Part shown: positions 37,078 through 49,065 of the stretch, piece after piece | Layout: each line of letters starts with the position of its first letter | Position numbering within the stretch: position 1 is the stretch's first letter | Assembly (NCBI RefSeq): GCF_021028975.2 | Contig: NC_059438.1 | Span: 28,024,001-28,088,000 of the forward strand | Length of the DNA stretch: 64,000 bases | DNA from: Sphaerodactylus townsendi | Taxonomy: Eukaryota | Reading direction: 5' to 3' | The notes under the pieces: model-generated | Database searches by the model: none | The model's input: only the letters and a program-made list of their open reading frames with translations | Told to the model about the DNA's origin: nothing | Made by a program: the position numbers and the translations under genes

Positions 37078-37234
37078 GTTGTATATTACAGTCGATCTCC
37101 TACACCGTGCGATGACATTGTTTTTCTCTCACTCGACTCTACAATCCGTCTTGAGTCTCCATGAGAAAAGTACCAAAATTACATCAATAAATAAATACAC
37201 CCTGCCTAATGTTTGGGCTTCCGCCAAGCCTGAG

Positions 37235-38160
37235 CCCCGTCACGGCTCCTTGCGCGGGGTCCGTCGGGCCTGGCGATGGAGCTATGGCGCCTCCAGTCCC
37301 GCCCGCCGTCGGGCCCCGCCTCCTCTCTGGGCTCAAAGGCGAAGCGAAGGCAGACAGGCAGGTAGCAGCAGCCGGCCATGGCTCTCCTCCACTCCACTCG
37401 TCTCGTCTCGCCTTGCATGGCCGCTCTGTCGGCCCGGGCCAGGTAAGGGCAGCGCTCTACGCGCCTCCTGAGGCGAGTGGCGAGGGAACTCTTGAGAGGG
37501 AAGGCGCGTCTCCGAGCCGGCCTTATGCGCGAGACAGAGGACTTATATTGGGCCGACTACGGCGGGGGTGCGCGAGGGAGAAGGGGCGCTGCGTAACGTG
37601 TGAATCACTGCACGTGAATTTCTCGCACTCCGGGCTTCAAGGCTTTTAAAAAAACCCAGCGGGGCGGGGGGTGGAAGAGAGAGAGAGACCCAAAAGCGAA
37701 GCTTAATCAGTTCCTGGCGCGGTGCCTTTTTGTCCCTCAGCAGAGCCCGTAACTCCAGTTAAAATTCCAACCGGTTCCACAGACTTGCCTATTTGAGGAT
37801 AGCATGATGGTGGGGAGGGCGGTGGTCGGAGAGCGTTCTGACGATTGGCTGCTTCGAGGGCGGGACCTTGTGGGTGTTGTCGGATTGGCTGGGGGTGGCG
37901 ATACCGGGTAGGGATTGGCCGTCTTCAATTGGCGTTAGGGTGCCCTTGGAGGGGGTTTAGAGGGCGGCCGACCAGGGAATGGCGTAGCCTTTCTTCACCC
38001 CGAAGGCCCCCATGACTTTGTAGCTACAGTTCCGCTTCCTGTTGATAGAACTTCAACCCCATGCGGGTCGGCTGAGTGGTGGGGGCACGTGGGAACGGGT
38101 CGATGTGAAAAATAGTACAATACTTGTTCCATATGGTCGAGCACGTGGCCCGTCATATTT
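37235..38160. promoter_or_regulatory. GOT2: GOT2 CpG-island promoter, spanning exon 1 and the start of intron 1
   Basis: Abrupt CpG/GC enrichment; GC boxes (CCCGCCC, CCCCGCC at about 37298-37320); CACGTG at 37611, 38086 and 38142; ATTGG boxes at 37844-37932. Confidence 0.85.
37378..37442 (+). CDS. GOT2: GOT2 exon 1 coding part (mitochondrial presequence)
   Basis: Kozak gccggccATGG; MALLHSTRLVSPCMAALSARA(S)|gtaagg; resembles the vertebrate GOT2 presequence MALLHS...SARAS; phase 2 fits exon 2. Confidence 0.92.
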
Positions 38161-38348
38161 GGAAAGTCCTTGCAAAGCCTCAGACGTACTGTTGGTACCT
38201 GAGCGTGGCCATCTTCACTAGTGGGGAGTTTCTCCTAGTTAACTCCTCTCCACCTGAACACTTGAGTTAAGAGGAAGGAGCTGCTTTACTATTTGCTAAG
38301 GGAAAGGCTTGTTCCTTCTTTACTCTTCTCATGTATAAATCACTGCTC

Positions 38349-38670
38349 TGGTGTAGTGGTTAAGAGCAGGTGGATTCTAACCAAGGCCCCTTCCGCACAA
38401 ACAGAATAATGCACGTTCAATGCACTTTGCAGCTAGCTTTTTCTGTGCGGAATAGCAAAATCCATTTGCAAACCATTTTGAAAGTGCATTATTCTGAATG
38501 TGCGGAAGGGGCCCATGAGAACTGGGTTTGATTCTATACTCCTCCACCTGAGTGGTGAACCAGATGTGTTTCCGCACTCCTACATTCCTGTTGGGTGATA
38601 TTGGGCTAGTCACAGTTCCTTGGATCTCTCTTAGCCCCACCTATCTCACAAGGTGTCTTGTGGGGAGGGG
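38349..38670 (+). mobile_element. Squam3-like SINE interrupted by a Harbinger MITE
   Basis: tggtgtagtggttaagagcagg...[MITE]...gagaactgggtttgattc. Confidence 0.8.
38385..38513. mobile_element. PIF/Harbinger-like MITE
   Basis: Perfect TIR GGCCCCTTCCGCACA / TGTGCGGAAGGGGCC; 3-bp flanks caa/cat. Confidence 0.82.
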
Positions 38671-38724
38671 TGTGTGAGTTTTTTTACGAGGGCTTTTCTG
38701 CATTGTCGATATGGATTCATTTAT

Positions 38725-39300
38725 TCATTACCTTTATTAGGCATAGGATAAAACAATCAGACTAACAATAACAACAATAAAAGGTTATTAGGTGATCAAC
38801 AGGAGTGCACAGTTGTTGATAAAGCTGTTGTCAAAAACTTTGCTACGTCTGCAGTTCTTTTAGTGCAACAGTCATTCAAAAGCAGACGTAGCTTGTCTTG
38901 GTCAGAAGTGGCAAGACACAAATTAATGTGAGGTTCAATGTTGCGACTCCTGAATTCTGTGTGGCGAGAACAATACTGCATTGTCAACATGGATACAACT
39001 GCAGTTGGCAAAAAGACTCCTCATTACATGGCCTTTTAAGAACATGTTTCCCTTGAAAAACAGCTTTCCTATCTGTACCACTTTGGGTTTGAATGGGCTG
39101 ATTACTCTCTGACAGTCTTTATTTGTGATAGAAGCATCAGAAATGCAAATGGATCCTTGGTGGTTATATAGTCAAGCTGTTGTCTGACAAAAAGCTTCCC
39201 TGCAAAAGTTGCAATTTAAATGGGGTTCACAAAGAGGGGGAAACTTAAGTGTCTCTTTCATAACTGCCTGCTTAGGCCGTTATTGAGGGCCAAAGGCCTT
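38725..39300 (-). mobile_element. Non-LTR retrotransposon 3' end (RTE-X-like); related fragment at 45650-45900
   Basis: C-terminal ...KLRLLLND..KRTADVAKFL; at 45.7 kb GRYSRTPHSERLRPC...ETTKHVLLHCKFY (zinc-knuckle-like). Confidence 0.55.
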
Positions 39301-40936
39301 TTTTCAGCAGAGGAAGTGCCTGGTTGCAGAAAGAGAAAACTGCACAGCAGGCTGGATTTGCCTCTGTGTCTGATGTTTAGAACTCGGTGTTTGAGAGCAA
39401 TATGTGGAGTTCAGCCCCTGGCCCTCTTGCTGCCCTTCTACCTGCTTTTGCCTGTCCCCTGTGCCTTGCACGTGAAGTTATTTCATCTCCCACTGTGGCC
39501 CAACATGCCATTTCTTGCTGAACCCTTCTCTTTCTCTCCCCAGCTGCTGAGCTTCTGCTATATGCAGGTCTCTGCTCTGATAGTTGTGTTTGCCACCTTG
39601 CTTCCAAGCTTTCCCCTTAACCTTCCCTTACCCTCTGAACTGACTCCTTTCTCAATTTCTCAAGTCCACCACATCCTCCTTCGTGCCAACAGCAATTAGT
39701 TCCACCCACCTTCAGGCTCTGAATGTTCATGCTGTCATCCCAAATGACCTTTGCTACCCTCATAGAAGTTGCACTATTTTATCAGCGTCCAACAGCAGGT
39801 GGGTTGCACGTGAACTATTTGAGAGACTTAGAATATGTATCTTGTAAATTCTCATGTCCTAATAAAGTCTTGGCAGGGTGCCTTGTCCTTTGCAAACGCA
39901 GAGGGGTTGTGGGATTGGTCTAGCCTGACTGGGGAGGTGGATACTTTCTGGTTGTGGCTGTAACATGAGATAGGACTTATGCCCATCTTCTGGAGTGTTT
40001 CCAAGAACTCCAAGCCATTCCAGTAACCACTGGGGATTTGTTGCAGTGGTGGAGGTCCTTTGTGTCCAGAAGGATTTTCCTTAAAGCTAACCATTCCATC
40101 TTCTGTATTTATTTCATGGAGTAGATGCAGGCTGCTGCACAGAGGGCCTTTCATGATGTCTGGAGTTCACAGTGCAGAACTGGTTGATACATTTATCTTG
40201 GTTATCCTAACAATTGAAGCTTTAATGAAACTGAATTCTTGTTTATTTCCAAGTGAAAACAACTCTGCTGGCAAGCTGACTTATGCAGGGGCTAAACGAG
40301 TGATTTGTACCGCCTAGTTTCTGTTCAGCCTCTACAATTGTTGCTGTGTTCTAACGCTTTCAGCTATTTACAAGAGGTTTGGATTTTGTGATGGCAAAGT
40401 GGATAAGCCTTGCTTATCCAGAATGCAGAACTGTTGAGGTGGCCGCAGGTGGAGGACTTGTTGCCGTTTGCTCTGAGGAGCAGAGTCAGCAGTTTAGGGG
40501 TATGCTTCTTCTTCCTTGGCACCAGTGATGCCGTACCTGGTGAGCTCTGCCAATGCAAATCTTGAATTCTGATGGACGCCACCTTGAAAATACAGGCACA
40601 AGGTGACAACACCCCAGAACTTGAGTTGTATACAGAATTAGGCACATCTGCTGAATAACCAGAATGTTTGCTTTAACTGTTCTGTAATGGGGGTGGTGTG
40701 AGGAGGGAGATTTGTCTATTTCATTTTTATCCTGCTTCAAAAAGCTTGCAGCAGCACACATGATTCTCTCTTCCATTTTATCTTTGCAACAACCTTGTGA
40801 GATAGGTTCGGCTGAGAGAGAGATATTCTCTGAGACCTTTGGTAAAATATGGTGAACCAGGGTTTGAAACTTGATATTATCCTTGGCTTAGTCCAGTGTT
40901 AACCTCTGTGACAAGATTCATCCAGCCCCATATTAA

Positions 40937-41238
40937 GAAGCAGCAGTGGCATAGTGGTTAAGAGCAGGGGTACTCTAATCTGGAGGAACCGGGTTTGATT
41001 CCACACTCTGCCGCCTGAGCTGTGGCGGCTTATCTGGGGAATTCAGATTAGCCTGTGCACACCAACACACATCAGCTCAGTGACCTTGGGCTAGTTACAG
41101 TTCTTTGGAGCGCTCTCAGCCCCACCTACCTCACAGGGTGTTTGTTGTGAGGGGGGAAGGGAAAGGAGTTTGTAAGCCCCTTTTAGTCTCCTATAGGAGA
41201 GAAAGGGGGGATATAAATCCAACTCTTCTTCTTCTTCT
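40937..41238 (+). mobile_element. Full-length Squam3-like SINE
   Basis: A/B boxes, CORE-like body, (CTT)n tail. Confidence 0.88.
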
Positions 41239-41489
41239 TAATGGGACTTGAGGTTTCCAAATCATGCAAATATTGCCCTGGTTAACCAGACAACAAAGCT
41301 TCTATTCAAATTTTTACTAATCAGGATTAAGCTGTTGTGTCCGCTTCTGGCTGAGGCAGAGGCTTTTGAATCCAAAGTTCAGAGCATTGTTCGTAGAGAT
41401 CTGCTCGGAGGGACTGTACCATGAGACTCAGCTCCTGACAAGGGCATCAGATTGTAAATGCTGACCCATCTTTTGTGTTCATGTTACAG

Positions 41490-41646
41490 CTCGTGGTGGG
41501 CTCATGTGGAAATGGGACCTCCTGATCCCATTCTGGGAGTGACTGAAGCCTTCAAGCGGGACACCAGCAGTAAGAAGATGAACCTGGGAGTTGGGGCATA
41601 CCGAGATGACAATGGGAAGCCGTATGTCTTGAACTGTGTTCGCAAA
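41490..41646 (+). CDS. GOT2: GOT2 exon 2 (157 bp)
   Basis: ttacag|CTCGTGG...CGCAAA|gtaagc; [52 protein letters not shown]. Confidence 0.97.
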
Positions 41647-41849
41647 GTAAGCAAAAGACAACTCCTGCTGCTGCTTTTCCTCCTGCTGGTTTAGCATTGG
41701 GCTTGGCATATCTGGGCTCAGTTCCTGGCCGTCCTATTGGCTTGCATTGTTTTAGGTTTTCTTGGCTTCTGTTCCCACATAAAATGCGAGTCAGTAGTGG
41801 CCTGTCTCATAAGGGATCTTCTGATGTGTGGATGGTGGAGAGACGATAG

Positions 41850-41950
41850 CAGTGGTGGGATTCAAATGATTTAACAATTGGTTTTTTAGAAGCACCATTT
41901 TAATAACCGGTTCTGCCGAAGTGGTGCGACCCTGCTGAATCCCACCACCA
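41850..41950. mobile_element. hAT MITE
   Basis: CAGTGGTGGGATTCA TIR; TSD gacgatag/gaccatag. Confidence 0.8.
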
Positions 41951-43126
41951 GACCATAGGCCATCTGGTCCGTTACCTGCCATCTCAAAGATACCCTACAC
42001 TCTTTAACATGAAGAAATACATCTTTGGGCATTAGCACGCTGGCAGTAATGGACCGAAGCAACTACTCCTGGTTGGCTTTCACTCTTTTCAGGGCTGTGC
42101 ACTTAACTGCACCTGCAAGGAAAGTTTGTGGCTAATGGGTCCAGTCTCTGGTGCCACAGCCTGATCGCAGCCTTTAGACTGCCTTGCACGGTCATGGCTG
42201 TAAGTACTGTGTATCTGCACAGAGAGGCTTTGATGTCCCAACCCCAGCATTAAAGAAGCGGTTGGCACAGACAAGGCTGTAGCAGCTGAAATAGCATTGG
42301 CAGCATGGCTAACTAATCCTCCGGTTGTGTGCCTGAACAAACAACAAACGCTCTACAGTCAGTGATGCCATTTTTAGATGTCCTGGGAATCAGGCAGGTA
42401 TGGCTGTGGGCGACATTACAACAGGATTGACACTATGCTTGCTGAGCTGCAATGCATAGATTGGAGGTGAAAGGGCAAGTGGGCAGTAAATAAATGAATT
42501 GGCGCTGCGCTGGTTGGTTGCACTTCCAGGGAAATAGCCATTCAATCGCTGAGCCGATTGTAAGAGGAAAGAATGAATGGGAACTTACAGGACTTCCTGC
42601 GCTGAATAGCTGAAGCTGGAGAAAGCAGTGGGCTGGATCCAGACTAAATTATTGATGTCAGAATTTCTCCCTTCCTATGGCATGCTTCCCACCTGTCATT
42701 TCTCAGAGTCCTCTGTTCTCCTGCAGGAGCAGAATTTTGTGGGAATCAGTGGGATTCAGGAAAGTTCTTGCCTGTTGATGGGAAATTGAATTTGGATTCA
42801 AACTCGTGACCACGAGCAGAATGCTCCTTTGGGGAGTCCCAGAGGATATGTCTCAGCTGATGAGCGAGTGGTTGGTTAAGAAAACTCTGGGGATGCTGAA
42901 CTTTGAGCAAGGTTCTGCTCCATTAGCCAATACTGTACGCTTGAATAGCCTGTAAATCCTTTCTCTGAAGCAAAGCCAATAATTAACCCTACAGAGCTCT
43001 CTTTCTTTGTCCTCCATTTGGAACCCTAATCTAGGAGCAGTAAATCAGGTGAGCAGAACTGTTATTTCTCTTAATGCACTGAGAAGGCAAAGGAGTTAAC
43101 AAGGATGCATGTGTTTTTTGATCTAG

Positions 43127-43255
43127 GCAGAGGCCCAGATAGCTGCAAAGAAGTTGGACAAGGAATACTTGCCCATTGCAGGGCTGGCAGAGTTCAGCAA
43201 GGCATCTGCTGAGCTGGCTTTGGGAGACATGAACGAGGTTATTCAGAGTGGCCGG
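43127..43255 (+). CDS. GOT2: GOT2 exon 3 (129 bp)
   Basis: atctag|GCAGAG...GGCCGG|gtaagg; [43 protein letters not shown]. Confidence 0.96.
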
Positions 43256-44246
43256 GTAAGGAGCAGACTTTGAGTCTTCAAATCAAAATAACTGCATCTG
43301 AGTAACAATTCCTACCTCTTCAGGGAATTATTATACATTGATTTGTATGCTGTAGAACCCCTGCCTGCTGCAGAAAAGGTGATAGAAGTGTTGTAGGGCT
43401 CATGGCTGGCTCACCGAGAACGTGGACCAGGCCTTGATATTGCCCCTTTCAAACAACAATTGCCTCCTAGAACATCTCCAGTGCTGCTTGTAATGTTTCA
43501 GTCCTTGGAGTTGGAATAAACTGTGAAGGTGTGCTCATTTTGGACCACACACATAACTCTGAATTGTCTAACTGCAAGAAATGGCTCACCAGGAAGGTGG
43601 TTCCATACCGGATGAAATGGCTCTGCTTTCAGCTAATCCCAGATGTCAGGGAATACTACCATTAATATTCTTCTCATGGACAAGTCTCAGCTGCTTTACA
43701 TTCACAGAGCAGCTTACTTTCAGCTTTAGCTGATGGCCAGATGGGATTCTTTAGGGTTTTTTAAAAATCTTGCTTTGCTAAACTACTTTGGGAATTAATC
43801 TGGCTGAAATGTGAAACTTCGGGGTAGTCTACAGTATGAATATGTGGATGTAAGAATGAGTTGCTGGGGGGAAGTAGGGTCATTGTTTGCTTGCTCTTCT
43901 GGTCCACCATCCACCCCCCCCCCCCACATTCACATTTTGAGTGGCTCTGATCTTTTTCTCTCAGTTTATTCTTTTTCTCTCCATTTTTTCCCCCAGAAGG
44001 AACTTTAAAAACAAAAAAGCAAATTAGAATGTATTGTTTCCCTTTGTAAAAGCCAATTGCTCAAATGCACAGGTCACTGGATGAGCCATATTGTATGCAT
44101 CTGGTTCTCTCCCTCCTGCCCCCCCCCCTTGCCCATGGCTGTGACATTGAATGATAATAATTATATTATATGGTGATGCACATCAAATTGTACTATTGTA
44201 ATATTTATCTGTTTGGCTGTATCACATAATGTTTTTGCACTTTCAG

Positions 44247-44306
44247 TATGTCACTGTGCAGACGATTTCTGGAACCGGATCTTTGAGAGTTGGTGCCAAT
44301 TTCTTG
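44247..44306 (+). CDS. GOT2: GOT2 exon 4 (60 bp)
   Basis: tttcag|TATGTC...TTCTTG|gtgagt; YVTVQTISGTGSLRVGANFL. Confidence 0.96.
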
Positions 44307-44442
44307 GTGAGTGCTAATTTAATTCTGTCTTAATAGAAAGAAAAGGGGACCTTTTGGTGTACAGGGTTTGCATACAGTGGTTGCAGTGAATTTGTTGTGG
44401 TTCTGGGTCACTCAAATATGGCTTCTCATCTTCTCGTTACAG

Positions 44443-44604
44443 CAACGATTCTTCAAATATAGCCGTGATGTCTACCTCCCCAAACCATCCTGGGGCAATC
44501 ACACCCCCATCTTCAGAGATGCTGGGATGCAGCTCCAGAGCTACCGGTACTATGATCCCAAGACCTGTGGCTTTGACTTCACTGGAGCTTTGGAAGACAT
44601 TTCT
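44443..44604 (+). CDS. GOT2: GOT2 exon 5 (162 bp)
   Basis: ttacag|CAACGA...ATTTCT|gtaagt; [28 protein letters not shown]...[11 protein letters not shown]. Confidence 0.97.
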
Positions 44605-45453
44605 GTAAGTTAACTGGGAATGGCAGGTTGTGATGGTGGTCTATAAAGCCCATAACTGCATGCAAACCTACAGATAAAGCAAAGCAATTGTGCAGCGGCA
44701 AAATCAGAGGAAACACATGGCCCAACAAGGCAAACACCGCAAAGCACAAGAGGCAAGTAGCAAGAAAAGGCACACATACGGTCACATAAAGTGTATTTGA
44801 AATCAGTAAGCATTTCCAAAAAAGATCTACACTGTGGACATAAACGCACACCTCATAATAGTTCAAAATATTCATATAAGAGACTCAACAGCTGGATAGA
44901 ATCCCATCAACAGCAAACAGAGAAAATTTTCAGTAATATGTGCTCTCAAAGAAGACACTCCTAAAGGTTGAGGAGGATGGTGCCTTCCTTACTGTGTCTG
45001 GAATCTGATTCTACAAAGTGTGTGGGTGATTTTGGAGAAGGCTTTTAGATGCATTCAAATTATTTCAGTGATTCCCAGCTGGGGTTCCACAGTACCCTGG
45101 GGTGCCATGAGCACATCTCAGGGGTACTGAAACTATGCTACCGTGCCCCCCCTCCCCTGCGCCAGAATCAGCTGGATTCGGGGTGGGGGGTTGGGAGCCT
45201 CATTGGCTCCCTTTAAACAACGTTGAAAAGCAGCGTATTACGTTTTAGGTGAGGGTGCTGCTAAAAGGAACCCAGTGGGGCTTGGGCACGAGTGTGTGTG
45301 TGTGTGTCACAGAATGTAAAATTAAAAACCAGCACCTTGAACTGTTCTTGGGACCATCTGGAATTCTGTTGCAGTTGTGTCACATAGTAGCTGATCATGA
45401 TCAATGGGCGGTCTTCTGTATTTTGTTGCAATTGATTCTTAGCTACTTTATAG

Positions 45454-45729
<276 letters not shown>

Positions 45730-45932
45730 TGATGAAGTGGAGTGCACTCCATGGAGTGCATAAAATTTGCAGTGTAGCAGCACATGCTTAGTGGTTTCTA
45801 GCTGTCTCAGTGAGCAAGGGCGCAATCTTTCACTATGTGGTGTGCGTGAGTATCTACCCCAGAGGGTAGATGTTGGGAGTGTATTGAGATAAGCCAACAT
45901 GACGGTTTGTTGGAGCTGAGGAGATGTAAGAT

Positions 45933-46104
45933 GGTTGCGAGGGCGATCTGGCTGCGACATCTGTCACCCATCCGATTGATCACCAGGGTTGATTTGGCTG
46001 ATCCGGCTGGCTATGCGGGTGTCCCCTACCTCCCTCTCTGCTCCATGTGCGTTCCTCCTGAAGCTGCGCGCTTCAAGAAAGAGGATGACCATCCCAGATA
46101 GGAG
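45933..46104 (+). pseudogene. RN7SK: 7SK snRNA retrocopy (5' ~170 nt only) in GOT2 intron 6
   Basis: GG..G.GAGGGCGATCTGGCTGCGACATCTGTCACCC...ATTGATC.CCAGGGTTGATT.GGCTGATC.GGCTGGCTA.GCGGGTGTCCCC...GCTCCATGTGCGT...GAAGCTGCGCGCT...GAGGA.GACCATCCC matches the vertebrate 7SK 5' half; 3' half absent. Confidence 0.9.
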
Positions 46105-46364
46105 TGCAGAAGAAGCAATTTTGTGGCTGTGGCCCCCACCCTGTTTCAGAATTCTAAAAGTGCCCACAGACTCAAAAAAGTTGAGGACACCTGTTCTGAA
46201 CTGGTTGCTTCTTGAAACTATTGTTTCATTCTCAAACTTCAATCCTCATCTTAACAATTTTAATGAGATTAACCTGTGGGCTACTGTGAATGCGTGGGAT
46301 GAGGAGCAAGCTCACCACCCCCAATCCATTTACCTAATGGGAAACAGGTACAATAGGCTGTAAG

Positions 46365-46436
46365 TTTGTCTCTGGGTATATTTAGATATTTATACCCTGC
46401 TTTGTCTCTGGGTATATTTAGATATTTATACCCTGC
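46365..46436. repeat. Perfect 2 x 36-bp tandem duplication at the tail of a minus-strand SINE
   Basis: tttgtctctgggtatatttagatatttataccctgc occurs twice. Confidence 0.93.
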
Positions 46437-46677
46437 TTTTCTCCCCATTGGGGACCGAAATGGGCTTACAACATCATTATCTCTGCCTTGTCTTATGATC
46501 ACAACAGCTTTGTGAAGTAGTTTATGCTGAGAGAGACTGTGACTAGCCCAACATGGACGTCCTTCTGTGGCAGAGTAGAGTTCTGAACCTGTGTCTCCCA
46601 GGACCCTGTCTGATGCTAACAGCTGTGAACCTGCTGCTTTTAAGAAAACTGACTAGACGGCCTCTGCTCTCTTCCAG

Positions 46678-46828
46678 AAAAGGAACCTCTTTGCCTTTTT
46701 TGACATGGCATACCAAGGTTTTGCCAGTGGGGACATAAACAGAGATTCCTGGGCTGTCCGTCACTTCATTGAACAAGGCATTAACGTTGTGTTGTCCCAG
46801 TCTTATGCAAAGAATATGGGTCTGTACG
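46678..46828 (+). CDS. GOT2: GOT2 exon 7 (151 bp), contains the PLP-binding lysine
   Basis: ttccag|AAAAGG...TACG|gtaagt; [19 protein letters not shown]...[11 protein letters not shown](G). Confidence 0.97.
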
Positions 46829-48234
46829 GTAAGTTGAGAAGAGCTACTTCACTTTCCAGAGGATAGAGTGTGAGGTGTGTGTGGGACCAATGGCGAGAGC
46901 CAAATTTGAGTGAACTGGTTCAGGCCACAGTCCTGTTTGCGTCTTAGAGGTGCTGCCACAAATGGTGGCAAGATAGATGCTCATTAAGCTAACAAATGAG
47001 AAAGTGAGTGAGCATCTCTATGTCCAGTTGTCCAGATCTTGTTATTGTCAGCCCATAGAGCTCTTCTGGCAGATAACACACCTTCTGCAGTCTGCTTCCT
47101 ATAGGCCTCCAGGCTCCAGCCTGTTTGACCACCTGGAAATTCCATCCCACTTACCAAAAATCTCCCTGTCTGACACTCTATAACTTCTTGGGAGTTTGAG
47201 CAGACTTGTGTCTCTTGCTCCCTCACTCTCCTTTCTTGTTTAACTGATAATGAGCTTCTCCATTCATTCCTAGCCTCCTGGAACATACTTGGTTCTCATC
47301 AAGCCATGATGTGTGAGAGGGTCTTTGTGAATTAACCAGAAGTCATGCTATTTGGGAAGTGTTTTGTTAGTGTGTGTGGATCCTGCCCTTTGGGGTGTCC
47401 CCCTTTCCCAAAGTTTGTGAATAGCCTGGGGGCTAGTTACTTTCCTTTTGGGGATCACTGGGGTGGGAAAACGTCCCTCGAGGTGCCTTCTTACCATTTG
47501 GCTGAAGAGAAGGAGAACCCCCTGGTATTTCATGGCTGCTCCTTTCTCTCTGTCCTTCCCAGCTACACGTCTTAAATGTGTAGTCTCATGCATGCTTACC
47601 TGGGAGTAAGCCCCACTGAATATAGTGAGACTGGCATACACAGGCCTCTGCTGCACTGATACTAGCAACGCTTTATTGCCCAGGCAAGTCCCATTTCCCT
47701 TGCTGGAGGCAGGCCATCCTCTGGCTTCTTCTCTGTCCAGGCACCTTAGTGCCTCAGGGAGGCACCCCATAGAGTTGGGATGGACTGCTTTGTACAGTTT
47801 GTGTGTTTTGTAGGGAGAGGGAGTGATGCCTGTGGTTAGACCTGGTGTGGGCTTCATTATCCACATAGGGACCAGACTGTTCATTATTAGATTTAATGAC
47901 AATGTTGTTGAAATACACCCAGAGGCAAAATGTGTAGCTCTCTTCCAGAATTATATCTTTAAGGGCAGATGTTGGCATCAGAGTTGTTGAAAGCAGATTG
48001 TATGTCATAAGTGGGACAGAAAGAAGGAACTCCATTCTTGTCTGCTAGATCTGCTTATTTATTTATTTGGGGGGAAAGTAAGCCATCTCAAGCAGGTTCT
48101 GTAGGCAGGCAGGGTTGGCCAAGGAAAACCTGATTTTTAAAAAATATATCATGAACAACTAATAAAGCATTTTAAAACCCAACTTTGAATTCATTCATTC
48201 TTTAGTGTCATGAGTATGAAACTTTTATCTTCTA

Positions 48235-48523
48235 AAAAGAAGAGTTGGATTTATATCCCCCCTTTCTTTCCTGTAGGAGACTCAAAGGGGCTTACAAACT
48301 CCTTTCCCCCCTCACAAACACCCTGTGAAATAGGTGGGGCTGAGAGCGCTCCAAAAAACTGTAACTAGCCCAAGGTCACCCAGCTGGCATGTGCTGGAGT
48401 GCACAGGCTAATCTGAATTCCCCAGATAAGCCTCCACAGCTCAAGCAGCAGAGCGGGGAATCAAACCTGGTTCCTCCAGATTAGAGTACACCTGCTCTTA
48501 ACCACTATGCCTCTGCTGCTCCT
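48235..48523 (-). mobile_element. Full-length Squam3-like SINE
   Basis: Reverse complement closely matches 40937-41238. Confidence 0.88.
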
Positions 48524-48899
48524 AAAGGGAAAACTGCAAAGATCCCAAGAATCATGTAAAACTATTTCCCCTCCCATTCTGCTTAGATTCTGTCCTACAT
48601 GATCCAGTCACAATTTTACAATATTTAATTTCTGTCTTCCAAAAAGGGAGCTGATCCATGTCTGGGGGTTGGGGAGTGATATTGCATGTCCTTCAGGCAA
48701 CCAAGAGAAAGGTCAGAAGCGATAAGTGGTCAGAAGCATGCTGGACTGAAGGTGGTTTGGTTAGTTCAGGGAGGTCTAAACATTTGCTCCAGGCATAGGG
48801 GTCAGCAGGGCAGAACCACTGTGGGTGAGAACGTTCATGTGAACACACACACTCCTCTTCCTTGTTCCAAATATGTGCTTTTTTGATCCCTCTTTCCAG

Positions 48900-49065
48900 G
48901 GGAGCGTGTGGGTGCCTTTACCGTGGTTTGTAAGGATGCCGAGGAAGCCAAGCGAGTGGAGTCCCAGCTAAAGATTCTGATCCGCCCCATGTACTCCAAC
49001 CCTCCAATCAATGGGGCTCGGATCGCCTCTACTATTCTCACCAGCCCTGACTTGCGCAAGGAATG
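48900..49065 (+). CDS. GOT2: GOT2 exon 8 (166 bp)
   Basis: ttccag|GGGAGCGT...GAATG|gtaagg; [43 protein letters not shown]...RKE(W). Confidence 0.97.

Noticed and set aside
37031-37649. Two 146-aa ORFs over the GOT2 promoter
   Set aside because: Typical stop-poor CpG-island frames; the true GOT2 frame starts at 37378.
42280-42620. Possible conserved enhancer in GOT2 intron 2
   Set aside because: Only a compositional impression; needs a cross-species alignment.
45933-46104. The functional 7SK gene
   Set aside because: No 3' half, no oligo-T terminator, no recognisable upstream PSE/TATA, and several substitutions.
47348-47902. 184-aa minus-strand ORF in GOT2 intron 7
   Set aside because: Non-ATG start, no recognisable domain and no supporting gene structure.
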